This document shows positions 38,498 through 48,414 of a stretch of DNA of 57,118 bases, in pieces. Each line of letters begins with the position of its first letter. Position 1 is the stretch's first letter. The notes under the pieces are model-generated. The model ran no database searches and was not told the origin of the DNA. It saw only the letters and a program-made list of their open reading frames with translations. Both the position numbers and the translations under genes were made by a program. The stretch spans positions 1 to 57,118 of the forward strand of contig CBDURU010000008.1 in assembly GCA_965369865.1 (NCBI GenBank), written 5' to 3'. This DNA comes from an uncultured bacterium (GTDB lineage: Bacteria; JAJVIF01; JAPKYR01).

Positions 38498-41400
38498 ATG
38501 CGTATCTCAACGTTCTTTGTACTTGTGATTCTAGTGCATCTCGTGTTGGGGTGCGGGGGGGGTGGGAACGGCGGCAAACTCACCGTTGGTAGCATCGAAG
38601 GCCCCGGTTCCGTGGATGAGCATTCTTACGGGACCTTTGCCGTCTCTGCCGGCGGCGATACCGGGATCACCTACCAGTGGGCAGTTTACCCTCCCTCGGC
38701 AGGCACTTTCTCCTCACCCTCTTCAGCAACCACAAATCTCCACGCGGCTGGTGTGTCTTCGGATACACCGGTGGAAATCAGGGTCGTTGTGAGTTCGAAC
38801 AAGTGCGGCCCGGTTCTTGCCACTTGTACAGTAACCGTGCTCGACAGTCTCGTGACCGTTGGTAATCTCAAAGACATCGACAGCCTTCCGCTCAGCCTGG
38901 CATCCGTTCTGGGAGATCAGTACAAATTCGACTATTCGGGCACTCCACCTGAGATTGAACCAGGCGACATACTGATGGGGTCCGAGCAAGGGGGGTACCT
39001 CCGCAAGGTTGAGTCCGTTCAGGACACCGGCTCCTCACTGATCATTTACACAACCCGGGCCACACTGGAAGACGCAATTGTGCAGGGGCACTTGACAGCG
39101 TTATTGGATTTCAGCCATCACGGCGCATCCCAGGCTCAATCAACAGCAAGCCCCCGATCCGCCGCCGAGGTCTACGAGTACCCTCCCCTGGTAGTGCCTC
39201 TGTCAGGGCTCGAGCTTTATTCCGATGAATTCATCACAGTAGAGATTCCAGACGGGGAAGTTAGCTTCGCTCCTCGAATCGAAGTCGACATGGTTTTCGA
39301 CTCCCAGAAATTGATCTCCTTCCTCACCACAGCGTCAGGCTCACTCGATTTCAACTTTGACCTACTGGCGACGGGCGACGGGGATTTTGACATCCACCAG
39401 GAAAAACTGGTTTACGTACATTCAGCGGCGTTCAAGTTTGGTCCGTTTCTCGGGGCGGTTGTTTTCGACTTCTATGCAGGCGTGGAAATCGATGCGAACA
39501 TCCAGGGTCATCTTGCCACAGGCTTTGACTACCACAATAACCTCACCCTGGGCGCCGAGTATTCAGAAAGAACCTGGCAGGCCATTGGCGAGCAGGACCC
39601 TGAGTTCAGCGAGCATCTATCCGACGGCATGGCAATCGGCGATGCGTATCTTCGCGGCTACGTTCGCCCGGAGGTCAGGGTGCTTCTCTTCAACACATCA
39701 AGCACAATCATCACTGCCGAACCTTACCTTGAGTTCACCGGCACCGGCCAGGAGTCTCCTCCTTGCCTCATATACGATTTGAACGCTGGACTCAAATCCA
39801 ACGTGTTTGTCTTTGTCGATATCCTCAGCTGGGAGCTTGACAATTTCTCAGCGGTCATCTTTGACTGGAAGGAGTTTTTCTTCAGCGGTGAGACCGGTGA
39901 CTGCAATGGACAACAAGGATTTCCAAACTGTGAGGAATTTACGAAGTACGAAGGCAACCCGATTCTAACTTATGGCGAAACGGGTGAATGGGATCGACAC
40001 GGAACTGGCAGACCCTGTGTTGTAGAAGTTCCACCCGAATTTGGTGGGCCGCGGCTGTTTATGTACTACTCTGCCCACTCAGGTGATCAGGTTCATAAAA
40101 TTGGCATGGCATCAACCAACGATCCCGAAGGCTTGACTGGCTGGATCCGTCATCCCGAGCCGGTACTGGAGCCCAGCCCGGGACAATGGGATGGAAGAGA
40201 ACTTTGGTCTCCCTGGGTCATTTACGATGATGGACCGGAAGTGTTTTTCAGTGGCAAGAGATTCAAGATGTGGTACGGCGGCGTCGGGGGTTGGATGGGG
40301 CCTGGTGATATCGGTTACGCTGAGAGTCAGGACGGAATTAACTGGGTAAAGTATCCTGGCAATCCGGTGATTTCACATGCGGAGCAGCCCTGGTGGGACG
40401 CATTTCGCATAATGCACCCTTGTGTGATCAGGTTGGGCGATGTATACCGTATCTATTATTGGGGTACAGTTGCTGCTTCCGACCATGGGGTTATTGGGAT
40501 AGCAGATTCTCCTGATGGGTTGCACTGGACGCTGCATCCGGACAACCCGGTTTTTGAATCTAGCCCAATCTCCCAGGCATGGGATTCATACGGAGTGGGT
40601 GCGCCAAGCGTAGTGACAGATGGGATTACCATGTTCATGTTCTATACGGGCTGGGGACCAATGGACCCCGGGACTGGCTTAGCCTGGTCTAACGATGGCA
40701 TTAACTGGGAAAGATGCGAGAATCCGGTACTCACGAAAAGCTCCAACTTCGGCGATTGGGACTATGGCTCACTCCAAGGCGGCATGGCCATCCTTATCGA
40801 TGAATCACACATCAGGATGTGGTACAGCGCCAGGGACAACATTGATATTCCCTGGCAGCAATCGCACGATGCTTTTGGAGTTACAGATGGATCGATATAC
40901 ACTGATTTGCCACCAATGCAATTTGCTTATACTTCGGACCGCGAAGGAAATTTCGAGATATACCTGACCGACACTGCCGGGACCTTTGAGGAGAAGCTGA
41001 CAAACGATCCCGGGGCCGATACCTCGTGCGATTTCAGCCCGGACGGCTCCATCATCTATTTCAATACCGATCGCGACGGCAATCACGAAATCTACGCCCT
41101 TGATATGGACTCCGGGGCAATCACCAACATCAGTCACGATTCCGGAACACAGTACGGGTGCTCTGTTTCCCCCGATGGGGAATGGATTCTGACAGTCCAA
41201 AGCTGGAGCGTCATTAACAAGGACATCTTCAGGCTCAAAGCCGACGGCTCAATGGAATGGAGTGAATGGGTCAATCTAACCAACACTCCCGGGCAGTATG
41301 AACACGAGATGGACTGGTCGCCGGATGGCACTAAGGTCACCTTTTACAGGATAGGTGCTGGTGGTAATGATATATGGATTATGGATTCTTCCGATGGTGG

Positions 41401-41734
41401 AAACCAGCAGAAGATCGTTTCCGATCCAGGCGACGATCATGGTCCGAAATTCCATCCAAGTGGAGATTTCATACTCTATACCTCCAGAAAGTCGTCCACC
41501 TCCGGTATGTACTATTATTCATTCGCATCTGATTCGACATACACATACATCGACACAAACCTGGATGAAGGTGGTGGAAAATTTTCACCGGACGGCCAGT
41601 ATGTGATTTTCCCCATAGGGGAACCTTCTGATATCTACTATGCCACATTTCCTGAGCTCGAGCCTGGCGAACCGATTCAATTGATTACCGGCCCGGGGCA
41701 TGATACCTGGGCCACCTGGCGACCTGGTTATTAA
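38498..41734 (+). CDS. multidomain lipoprotein: Ig-like domain, beta-rich domain, GH32/43/130-like five-bladed propeller, TolB-like PD40 propeller
   Basis: Lipobox VLGC; repeated KY.GNP.L...WD....P.V...MYY...IG.A.S.DG..W units; SPDG repeats at the C-terminus. Confidence 0.8.
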   Translation: MRISTFFVLVILVHLVLGCGGGGNGGKLTVGSIEGPGSVDEHSYGTFAVSAGGDTGITYQWAVYPPSAGTFSSPSSATTNLHAAGVSSDTPVEIRVVVSSNKCGPVLATCTVTVLDSLVTVGNLKDIDSLPLSLASVLGDQYKFDYSGTPPEIEPGDILMGSEQGGYLRKVESVQDTGSSLIIYTTRATLEDAIVQGHLTALLDFSHHGASQAQSTASPRSAAEVYEYPPLVVPLSGLELYSDEFITVEIPDGEVSFAPRIEVDMVFDSQKLISFLTTASGSLDFNFDLLATGDGDFDIHQEKLVYVHSAAFKFGPFLGAVVFDFYAGVEIDANIQGHLATGFDYHNNLTLGAEYSERTWQAIGEQDPEFSEHLSDGMAIGDAYLRGYVRPEVRVLLFNTSSTIITAEPYLEFTGTGQESPPCLIYDLNAGLKSNVFVFVDILSWELDNFSAVIFDWKEFFFSGETGDCNGQQGFPNCEEFTKYEGNPILTYGETGEWDRHGTGRPCVVEVPPEFGGPRLFMYYSAHSGDQVHKIGMASTNDPEGLTGWIRHPEPVLEPSPGQWDGRELWSPWVIYDDGPEVFFSGKRFKMWYGGVGGWMGPGDIGYAESQDGINWVKYPGNPVISHAEQPWWDAFRIMHPCVIRLGDVYRIYYWGTVAASDHGVIGIADSPDGLHWTLHPDNPVFESSPISQAWDSYGVGAPSVVTDGITMFMFYTGWGPMDPGTGLAWSNDGINWERCENPVLTKSSNFGDWDYGSLQGGMAILIDESHIRMWYSARDNIDIPWQQSHDAFGVTDGSIYTDLPPMQFAYTSDREGNFEIYLTDTAGTFEEKLTNDPGADTSCDFSPDGSIIYFNTDRDGNHEIYALDMDSGAITNISHDSGTQYGCSVSPDGEWILTVQSWSVINKDIFRLKADGSMEWSEWVNLTNTPGQYEHEMDWSPDGTKVTFYRIGAGGNDIWIMDSSDGGNQQKIVSDPGDDHGPKFHPSGDFILYTSRKSSTSGMYYYSFASDSTYTYIDTNLDEGGGKFSPDGQYVIFPIGEPSDIYYATFPELEPGEPIQLITGPGHDTWATWRPGY

Positions 41735-42797
41735 GCAGGAGCTCCGCGCTCCCCACGACCATCTCCGCTACACGGTTTACGCCCATCCCATCGAATATTT
41801 TCCGTCCATTCTCAGAAAGAGCGGAGCGATCAAATGCATCATCAAAAAACATGTTAAGCGTTTCGAGAATTTTCACCGATGAAACATCCCCCGGTGTCAC
41901 ACAGGCATTCAATTCAACAAGCTGATTAATTACATCTCCCTCAAACTCATTCTGTGGAATCGCGATCACCGGCCTCGCGAGTGCCAGGGTTTCATATAAA
42001 GTCGTTCCACCATTTGTGATGATCGCGTCCGACGATGCTACATGAGCGAGAAATCCCGCCCTGCCGATCTCCGATCCTTCCAGATATTTAATATGCGCGG
42101 GATAATCCCTCATGAACTTCGATTTATCCTGCCCACTCGCCGGTCCCAATACCACGACCCAGTCAATGTTCGGATTATTCAAAGCACGGATCGCGTTCAG
42201 CACTTTACCCGTAAGCCCACCGGGATCTGCGCCACCCATAGTTACTAGAACTTTCTTTGGTGGATTTTGAGGGGATACCGCATTCTCCCGAATCCTTATT
42301 ATATCCGTGGAAATGAGAACGTACTCGGGCCCGGTAAAATGGGTCACTCCCAAAGTCGCGTCGGGAGCGGGATCCATCGGATGAATTGTCGGCGCGATCA
42401 CCCTGTCACCATTAAGAAGTGAGAAATTATACTCATGCAGACTGATATGCGCCGCTGGATGAATTGTCTCGAGATATTTTTCAACCCGATCTGTGAGATT
42501 AATATCCGTTACAACAACATATGGATCAAGCTCCCTGAGAACTCCTCTGAATTCATCAAATCCATCGTCCGACTCATTAAGCCAGAACATATTCTCCCCG
42601 ATTTCACTACCCTCTAAAAATTTTTTCGCGCCTGGGAAACTCTGACACACAAAATCAATTGGAATTTCCAGACCTTTTTCGGAGAGCATCTCACTTACAG
42701 CAGATGCAAGGCTAATACACCTCGAAACATGCCCGAGCCCGAGTTCCCTGGAACCATCGACCCTGAAAACAATACCCCTTTCTTTTGTCTTACCCAT
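41685..42797 (-). CDS. PseG/SpsG-like GT-B fold protein
   Basis: FRVDGS..LGLGHVSRC, VLVTMGGADP, GGTTLYE, FDGMGVNRV. Confidence 0.85.
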   Translation of the reverse strand: MGKTKERGIVFRVDGSRELGLGHVSRCISLASAVSEMLSEKGLEIPIDFVCQSFPGAKKFLEGSEIGENMFWLNESDDGFDEFRGVLRELDPYVVVTDINLTDRVEKYLETIHPAAHISLHEYNFSLLNGDRVIAPTIHPMDPAPDATLGVTHFTGPEYVLISTDIIRIRENAVSPQNPPKKVLVTMGGADPGGLTGKVLNAIRALNNPNIDWVVVLGPASGQDKSKFMRDYPAHIKYLEGSEIGRAGFLAHVASSDAIITNGGTTLYETLALARPVIAIPQNEFEGDVINQLVELNACVTPGDVSSVKILETLNMFFDDAFDRSALSENGRKIFDGMGVNRVAEMVVGSAELLLNNQVARWPRYHAPGR

Positions 42798-43788
42798 CAG
42801 ATGATTTCTCGCCTATCGCTTTCCTGACCTTATCAAGCCTTTCCTTCTCTTCATCATTTTCGGGTTTGTACCGTATCCTGCCGGTGCCATCGGCGAATCC
42901 GATTGCCTGCACCGGCTGGTCAATTGAATCGACAACAATAGTCCCAGGCGATCCGATCCTGCCGCCAGCGACAACGTTCACATCATCAATTTTTCGGTCC
43001 CCCATTACTCTCGTAACAAGATCGTGCGACTGAATCAGGCTGAAAAGCATCCCAGCCATAGCGGCCCGGTTATCCACCCTGATCATCTCGAACCCTTTCT
43101 CCATCGCGAATTCAGACGCTTCCGTTGTAACAGTCCCGATCCCGGCGTCGACTATCACAGGTTTCACATTACAATGTTCAATGAATTCCTTTTTTATCAC
43201 GCCTTCATAAATCGCGGCACCCATCACTATATCAGCAACCCGGTACTCAACCTTGATGTCCTCTATCTCATCCTGACTGTATTCCCGATCGTGAAAATGC
43301 ACCATAATTTGTTTCACCAGGGTCGCGAGATCGATCGAGAGCCGGGCAAGGAGAGTATCCATGAGAGACCGCACATTTTCAGGCCCGACAATTATCAGGT
43401 TCCTATTTTTCAGATCGGGTATCTTCGCAAGAAGCATATACCGTACACTGTCGACCCAGACCCCGAGGTCGCTGTACGGAAGGATGATCGAATTTTTTGG
43501 AGCTGACTTCCCTTTGCCGATAAAATCCGACACATCGAAACTCAGACCGGAATCATAAATGATATAGTCCACACGGCCATCAAGCGCTTGAACACAGGCC
43601 TCGAACGCATCCGGGGTTTTTACCTCGGCGTTTCCGTAAACCAGCCCGTCGCACTCACGGGTTATATGCGTCGTGATTTCCTCATCCTGCTTAACCGGAA
43701 ATGCGGTGATCGTGAACGCGGAGACAAACCCACGTTTAAACGCGTGCTGCTCGATATTCCTTGCCAGCTTATCAAGTGAATCAATCAT
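42790..43788 (-). CDS. hypothetical protein with degenerate Rossmann-like domain
   Basis: LKNRNLIIVG, ADIVMGA, VIVDAGIG, VVAGGRIG..G; translationally coupled within the operon. Confidence 0.6.
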   Translation of the reverse strand: MIDSLDKLARNIEQHAFKRGFVSAFTITAFPVKQDEEITTHITRECDGLVYGNAEVKTPDAFEACVQALDGRVDYIIYDSGLSFDVSDFIGKGKSAPKNSIILPYSDLGVWVDSVRYMLLAKIPDLKNRNLIIVGPENVRSLMDTLLARLSIDLATLVKQIMVHFHDREYSQDEIEDIKVEYRVADIVMGAAIYEGVIKKEFIEHCNVKPVIVDAGIGTVTTEASEFAMEKGFEMIRVDNRAAMAGMLFSLIQSHDLVTRVMGDRKIDDVNVVAGGRIGSPGTIVVDSIDQPVQAIGFADGTGRIRYKPENDEEKERLDKVRKAIGEKSSDG

Positions 43789-44873
43789 AGGTCGTCTCCA
43801 TTTTCGGGTGTATCGAAACGGACAGCGTGCGGGAACCGGAAACTTTTCGGACGCCGCGCGAGTTCCTGGGCCAGGTCCATTATCAATTCATCATCGGGCC
43901 GGACCATATCGGCGTCGCCGACATGCATAATAAGCTCCCTTAAATCCACATCCGTATCCTCGGCGATTTTTTTCACTTTCGGCAGGAAACTTGAATGGAA
44001 TTTCCCGGCTCCCGTGGCTACCGCGATATCATCCACACCCTTCTGTGCCGGCATTAACGGTGCAATCAGTTCCTGCCCGATATCCAGGGTCCTGATTAAA
44101 TCCACCCCTGTAGGCTCCCCTGTTTTTTCGAGAAGCGTGATAAGAATTTCGGTCTGTGCGTTCCCGGCGCTTCTCCCCATGCCCCTGAGGCTCACATCGA
44201 GAATCCGCACCCCCGCTTTCCTCGCCCTGAGGCAATTCGCGATCGCCAACTGGAAATTGTTATGACCGTGAAATCCAAGCGGGATATCAATTGCGTCCAG
44301 TGCTTTTTCTGAATACTCAGCGACTTCATCGGGAAGCATCCCGCCCGCAGAATCGACCAGCACCACGAAATCCGCGCCGAAATCGCGTGCCGCTTGAGAG
44401 GCGTCGGCAAATCCCGATGAATCGACAGCATAAGATTTCATTAAATTAATACTAACCAGGTACTCAAGGGATTTGGCGTATTTTACCGATGCTTCCGCGC
44501 CTTTGTACTCAGTGATATTTGTTCCGATTCTGACCAGGTCAAGTCCCGCTTCCCTTGCGGCGTCAAGATGATGCGCTTCGCCGATCCCGGGAATGAAAAA
44601 CGCTCCTATTATCGAATCGGTGCCATTAACCGCACGTTTCGCGGCCTTCACGTAATCGACATCCGTTTCCTTTGCCTGTCCGATCCCCTTCTCGCTCGCG
44701 CCAAGCCCGACACCATGCCCGACCTCGATCCACTTGAACCCGGCCTCGGCCAGCGCACGTCCGACAGTCTCGGTGTCTGAAACCGAAAACTGGTAGTCGA
44801 TCGCGTAACTCCCGTCCCGAAGCGTACACTCCAGGATTATCGGTGGACCGTATTTTTCAATTTCGCCTGGCAC
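43785..44873 (-). CDS. 4-hydroxy-2-oxovalerate aldolase-like DRE-TIM metallolyase
   Basis: CTLRDGSY, IEVGHG.GL, VDSAG, GFHGHNN, GMGRSAGN, HSSFL. Confidence 0.9.
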   Translation of the reverse strand: MPGEIEKYGPPIILECTLRDGSYAIDYQFSVSDTETVGRALAEAGFKWIEVGHGVGLGASEKGIGQAKETDVDYVKAAKRAVNGTDSIIGAFFIPGIGEAHHLDAAREAGLDLVRIGTNITEYKGAEASVKYAKSLEYLVSINLMKSYAVDSSGFADASQAARDFGADFVVLVDSAGGMLPDEVAEYSEKALDAIDIPLGFHGHNNFQLAIANCLRARKAGVRILDVSLRGMGRSAGNAQTEILITLLEKTGEPTGVDLIRTLDIGQELIAPLMPAQKGVDDIAVATGAGKFHSSFLPKVKKIAEDTDVDLRELIMHVGDADMVRPDDELIMDLAQELARRPKSFRFPHAVRFDTPENGDDL

Positions 44874-45974
44874 TTATCTGTTCACCCATTTTACTACGAT
44901 ATCCCGAACACGCGGCGCATCCCGCTCCGGAATCCCATCGGTCAGCCACAGATTGATAATCCGTATCCCTGCATGTTCCGCATTCGGACATTCTCCAACT
45001 GTAACATGCCCGGGCGCGAGCCAGTGGAGCGGCAGGTATAAATTCGATGCGTGCATCCCCCCCGCGCGGATTTCATTCGTTATATTCTGGACTTCCGTTC
45101 CCGTAAGTTCGGAAAGAATAAAGCTGAACCTGTACGGACAGCATTTATCCGGGTAATCAAGGCACTCAACACTATCGAAATCAAGTTGTTCCCTGTAAAT
45201 CCCGACTCCATTAGTTCGAGTATCCCTTATGTTTCCAAGCTTCTTTATCTCATCAGAAATTTTTAACGCTTCCTCATCGCTGATAGAATAATTATAAATG
45301 TCCCCGGCAAATTTGTATTCGTCGTACCATACCGACGCTTTCCCGGGATCATCCATCCTCGCCATGTTAAAAGCGTCCGATAATTTATCCCTTAACAATG
45401 ATGCCGATAATGCAAGGTTATTCGGACGCTCAGGCAGTTTACTAATTTCCTCTGAAACCAGCCCGTAAAGCTTCGGATCATCGATCAGGATAGCTCCGCC
45501 GCCATTGGTCGGGAGAATTTTCCCTCCAGCGAAACTGAGTATCGACGCCTTACCGAACGTTCCAATCTGCCTGTCAGCAATATAACCCCCGATCGACTGT
45601 GCCGCGTCCTCGATAAAAATCGCACCGTTCCTGTTACAGATTTCCTCAAGCTTTTCAACATCGCACGGTATTCCAAAAATATGAATCCCAATAACCAGGT
45701 CTCCTTCACGGATGACCTCGTCCACTTTACCCGGATCGATATTTAAATTCCGGTCGACATCGACAATAACCGGTTCCAGCCCGGAAAACATAGCGGTTGC
45801 GAGAAGCGATGGGCATCCGATTGAGGGTAAAATTACCCGACCGCCAAGTGGCGCAAGAGCACGGTAAAGCACACAAAGCGCTGTCGCACCGCGTCCGGTA
45901 AGCAGTACTCGACGATCGTCAAATAATTTTAATGATTCAATAAGCGACTGGGTATTTTCAATCACTCCGGGCAT
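44874..45974 (-). CDS. DegT/DnrJ/EryC1/StrS-family PLP aminotransferase
   Basis: IHIFG, IEDAAQS.G, SFAGGKIL...GGGA. Confidence 0.9.
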   Translation of the reverse strand: MPGVIENTQSLIESLKLFDDRRVLLTGRGATALCVLYRALAPLGGRVILPSIGCPSLLATAMFSGLEPVIVDVDRNLNIDPGKVDEVIREGDLVIGIHIFGIPCDVEKLEEICNRNGAIFIEDAAQSIGGYIADRQIGTFGKASILSFAGGKILPTNGGGAILIDDPKLYGLVSEEISKLPERPNNLALSASLLRDKLSDAFNMARMDDPGKASVWYDEYKFAGDIYNYSISDEEALKISDEIKKLGNIRDTRTNGVGIYREQLDFDSVECLDYPDKCCPYRFSFILSELTGTEVQNITNEIRAGGMHASNLYLPLHWLAPGHVTVGECPNAEHAGIRIINLWLTDGIPERDAPRVRDIVVKWVNR

Positions 45975-46060
45975 AGTTATCCTTATCTATAATTTATCGG
46001 CAGGAATTTCTGATATCCTCTTACCAGGGATTAATAGATGTGTTTATTCCAATCCATCAA

Positions 46061-46963
46061 TTAAATTTCGCTCTTCTTCAAATTCCACCTCAACACCTGC
46101 CACATCCCGACCCACAGCACAACCGCAACCACAAGCATTGATATGCAATCCTCCAGGAGCAGCGTATGATTCCATGACATATACATTACTCTGTCCTCAA
46201 TCTGGAACAACAGGGCAATCGGATTGTTTAAATACATGCCCGGCTCACCACCATTGAAGATGTCGATGAAGCTCTGAATATACCCCGGTCCGGCTGCAAT
46301 TATCCCGAGTACAACCGGCACGACAATCGCGCCGATCACACCGAGTGGATGTCTCCATATTAACGCTCCGATCATCCCGAGTGCGCTCAGGATCATCCCC
46401 TGTAGAAAATAGAATATAAACAGGATGGGGAGATATCCCCAAGCGGGGTCTAAGCCAACCGGGAGCCACTGAAATGGACTCAGGAAGATAAAAATTCCTA
46501 CCGGTGCCGACAACAGCGCAAGTGGAAATACTCCCATGTTCAACACCGTATACAGCATCGCCTTCGCGACCCCGTCACCCGACATCAATGTCATCCGGAA
46601 ATGTTCCCAGAGCGATTTATTCGTGTCTGCGCAGACCACCAGTGCTGGAAACGCGGCAAGCTGGAATCGTATGATGATAAACAGTGTGATAAGGATCCTG
46701 ACTCCGAGGGTTTCTATCAGGCCTCCGGTTTCCCATCCCTCCCCACCGTTGATGAATCGGTGACCGTACATAAGCATGGTGAAGATGACTCCAAAGATGG
46801 CAAACGCATAGGCCTTGAACCATCCGCGGACGTAGAAAACCTGGTTACGCCATTTCCGCGCGAGATTGGTCGCCGGATTGTCACCGCTGATGGGGTTTTT
46901 GATTACATTGGTCTGGAAGTCAAGTCGTCGCATTTGTGCTGTTAGCTGATTCCCCACACGCAA
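46061..46963 (-). CDS. polytopic membrane protein (ABC-2 permease-like)
   Basis: About 6 TM segments, NP...R N-terminal motif, MTLMSG loop. Confidence 0.5.
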   Translation of the reverse strand: MRVGNQLTAQMRRLDFQTNVIKNPISGDNPATNLARKWRNQVFYVRGWFKAYAFAIFGVIFTMLMYGHRFINGGEGWETGGLIETLGVRILITLFIIIRFQLAAFPALVVCADTNKSLWEHFRMTLMSGDGVAKAMLYTVLNMGVFPLALLSAPVGIFIFLSPFQWLPVGLDPAWGYLPILFIFYFLQGMILSALGMIGALIWRHPLGVIGAIVVPVVLGIIAAGPGYIQSFIDIFNGGEPGMYLNNPIALLFQIEDRVMYMSWNHTLLLEDCISMLVVAVVLWVGMWQVLRWNLKKSEI

Positions 46964-47097
46964 ACTGGTGGGAGGGATGAATCTTCACAGATTCCGGACC
47001 TCAGTTCAGTAAATCCTGTAGCGAGGGTAACACATTATATATATAGGCAGGAAAATAGCTCCCATATGACACAATTTTCCATAACATAAATATGGGC

Positions 47098-48372
47098 TCA
47101 CCGTCGTATTAATTCACCATTTAATACGTACAACTGTTCGCCACTTGCCGACTCCATCGATAGGTCGTCCCAGACCAGCATCACTTTCCCATCACCATAA
47201 AGAATTCCAGCCATTGTTTCCGGACTGCTCACACTTCTTGTCGCTAAACCCGCCGCATCGAACGATCTCCCCATGTCCTCGGAAATTACGTATCGCAATC
47301 CCGGACCCTCATCCTCCGTATCCACTGTCGCGATAAATACGTAATTGTCCTTCGCCAGTAAAAGCGGTGACCGTGTGAGTGGATTCTCCGATGTGAAAAT
47401 CGCTACCGGAGTTGAAAATATTTCACTATCCTCGCTTCTCGAAAAATAGACCATAGTATGCTCGGGCGTTTCCTCGGTAAAAATCATGTAAACCACTTCA
47501 TCGCCGTCGGATTCAGCAATCTCAATCCTGAAAAAACTGCTGATATTCTGGATCAGCATGTCATCGAACATATACCACCAGTCGAAAATTTTACCCCCGT
47601 CGGTACTCCGAAGATACGCGATACGCCCGGTATCAGAATTGTCGCTCCGTACAAAATAAGCCAGGGACACGAGGTCATCCTGTCCTGTAAGTCCCTGCAG
47701 GTGGAAAGGAGTACCGTTCGCGATTTTAACCAAAGATTCATCGCTGGCCTGAAAATCCTGGTTAACCACAAGCTCCCAGTCATTACCGGAGTGAACGAAA
47801 AAATACGCGTTGGTTTGGCCGTCGACATTCAGCACGCACGGCCATCTAGCCTCGTTGCGCTCGTTCCATCGAGCCTCGAATGAGAACGTACGGGCGTTGT
47901 TGTCGCTCATTTTGTAATAGAGCTGCCCGCCGACTGCAGGGATATTGATCCAGTACGTGATTAAATGATCCTGTGAAAATGATTCGAGATACCCGCCGCC
48001 CCTTTTCTGGCCCTCACGTTGCGAGAGACTCGTCGGCTCGGAAAATGATGTCCCATCGTATTTCGAGTACATAATCCTCTGGCTTGTACCGTCATGTTGC
48101 AGGAAAACAAGGTGCACGTTACTTGTCTCTCCCGCCCTCGCGAGCCTGGGAGTGTCGATATTCCCCACCGATGTGAAAGCTGTCGGGATATCGAAAATGT
48201 ACCTCCCGTACGTGTCGATGTCCTGATCGTCAACAGGCGCGTCGTCACCTGTCTTTCTCCCCGGACACGCGGTAAGGAATATTATTATTAACATTAATAC
48301 GGAAATTTTTAAAATGAGTTGTACGGGCACTTTTAAAAAAAGGGGTTTCGAAACCTGAATTCTTCTCGTCAT
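47098..48372 (-). CDS. BNR/Asp-box sialidase-like beta-propeller lipoprotein
   Basis: Lipobox LTAC; Asp boxes SDNNARTF, STDGGKIF, SEDMGRSF; GGAGG before ATG 48372. Confidence 0.75.
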   Translation of the reverse strand: MTRRIQVSKPLFLKVPVQLILKISVLMLIIIFLTACPGRKTGDDAPVDDQDIDTYGRYIFDIPTAFTSVGNIDTPRLARAGETSNVHLVFLQHDGTSQRIMYSKYDGTSFSEPTSLSQREGQKRGGGYLESFSQDHLITYWINIPAVGGQLYYKMSDNNARTFSFEARWNERNEARWPCVLNVDGQTNAYFFVHSGNDWELVVNQDFQASDESLVKIANGTPFHLQGLTGQDDLVSLAYFVRSDNSDTGRIAYLRSTDGGKIFDWWYMFDDMLIQNISSFFRIEIAESDGDEVVYMIFTEETPEHTMVYFSRSEDSEIFSTPVAIFTSENPLTRSPLLLAKDNYVFIATVDTEDEGPGLRYVISEDMGRSFDAAGLATRSVSSPETMAGILYGDGKVMLVWDDLSMESASGEQLYVLNGELIRR

Positions 48373-48414
48373 GTAATTTGCCTCCAGGATGATTGTACAG
48401 CATGATCCCATCGT

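Noticed and set aside
43785..44873. dmpG/mhpE of aromatic meta-cleavage
   Set aside because: No dmpF/mhpF or other catabolic genes nearby; the context is sugar biosynthesis.
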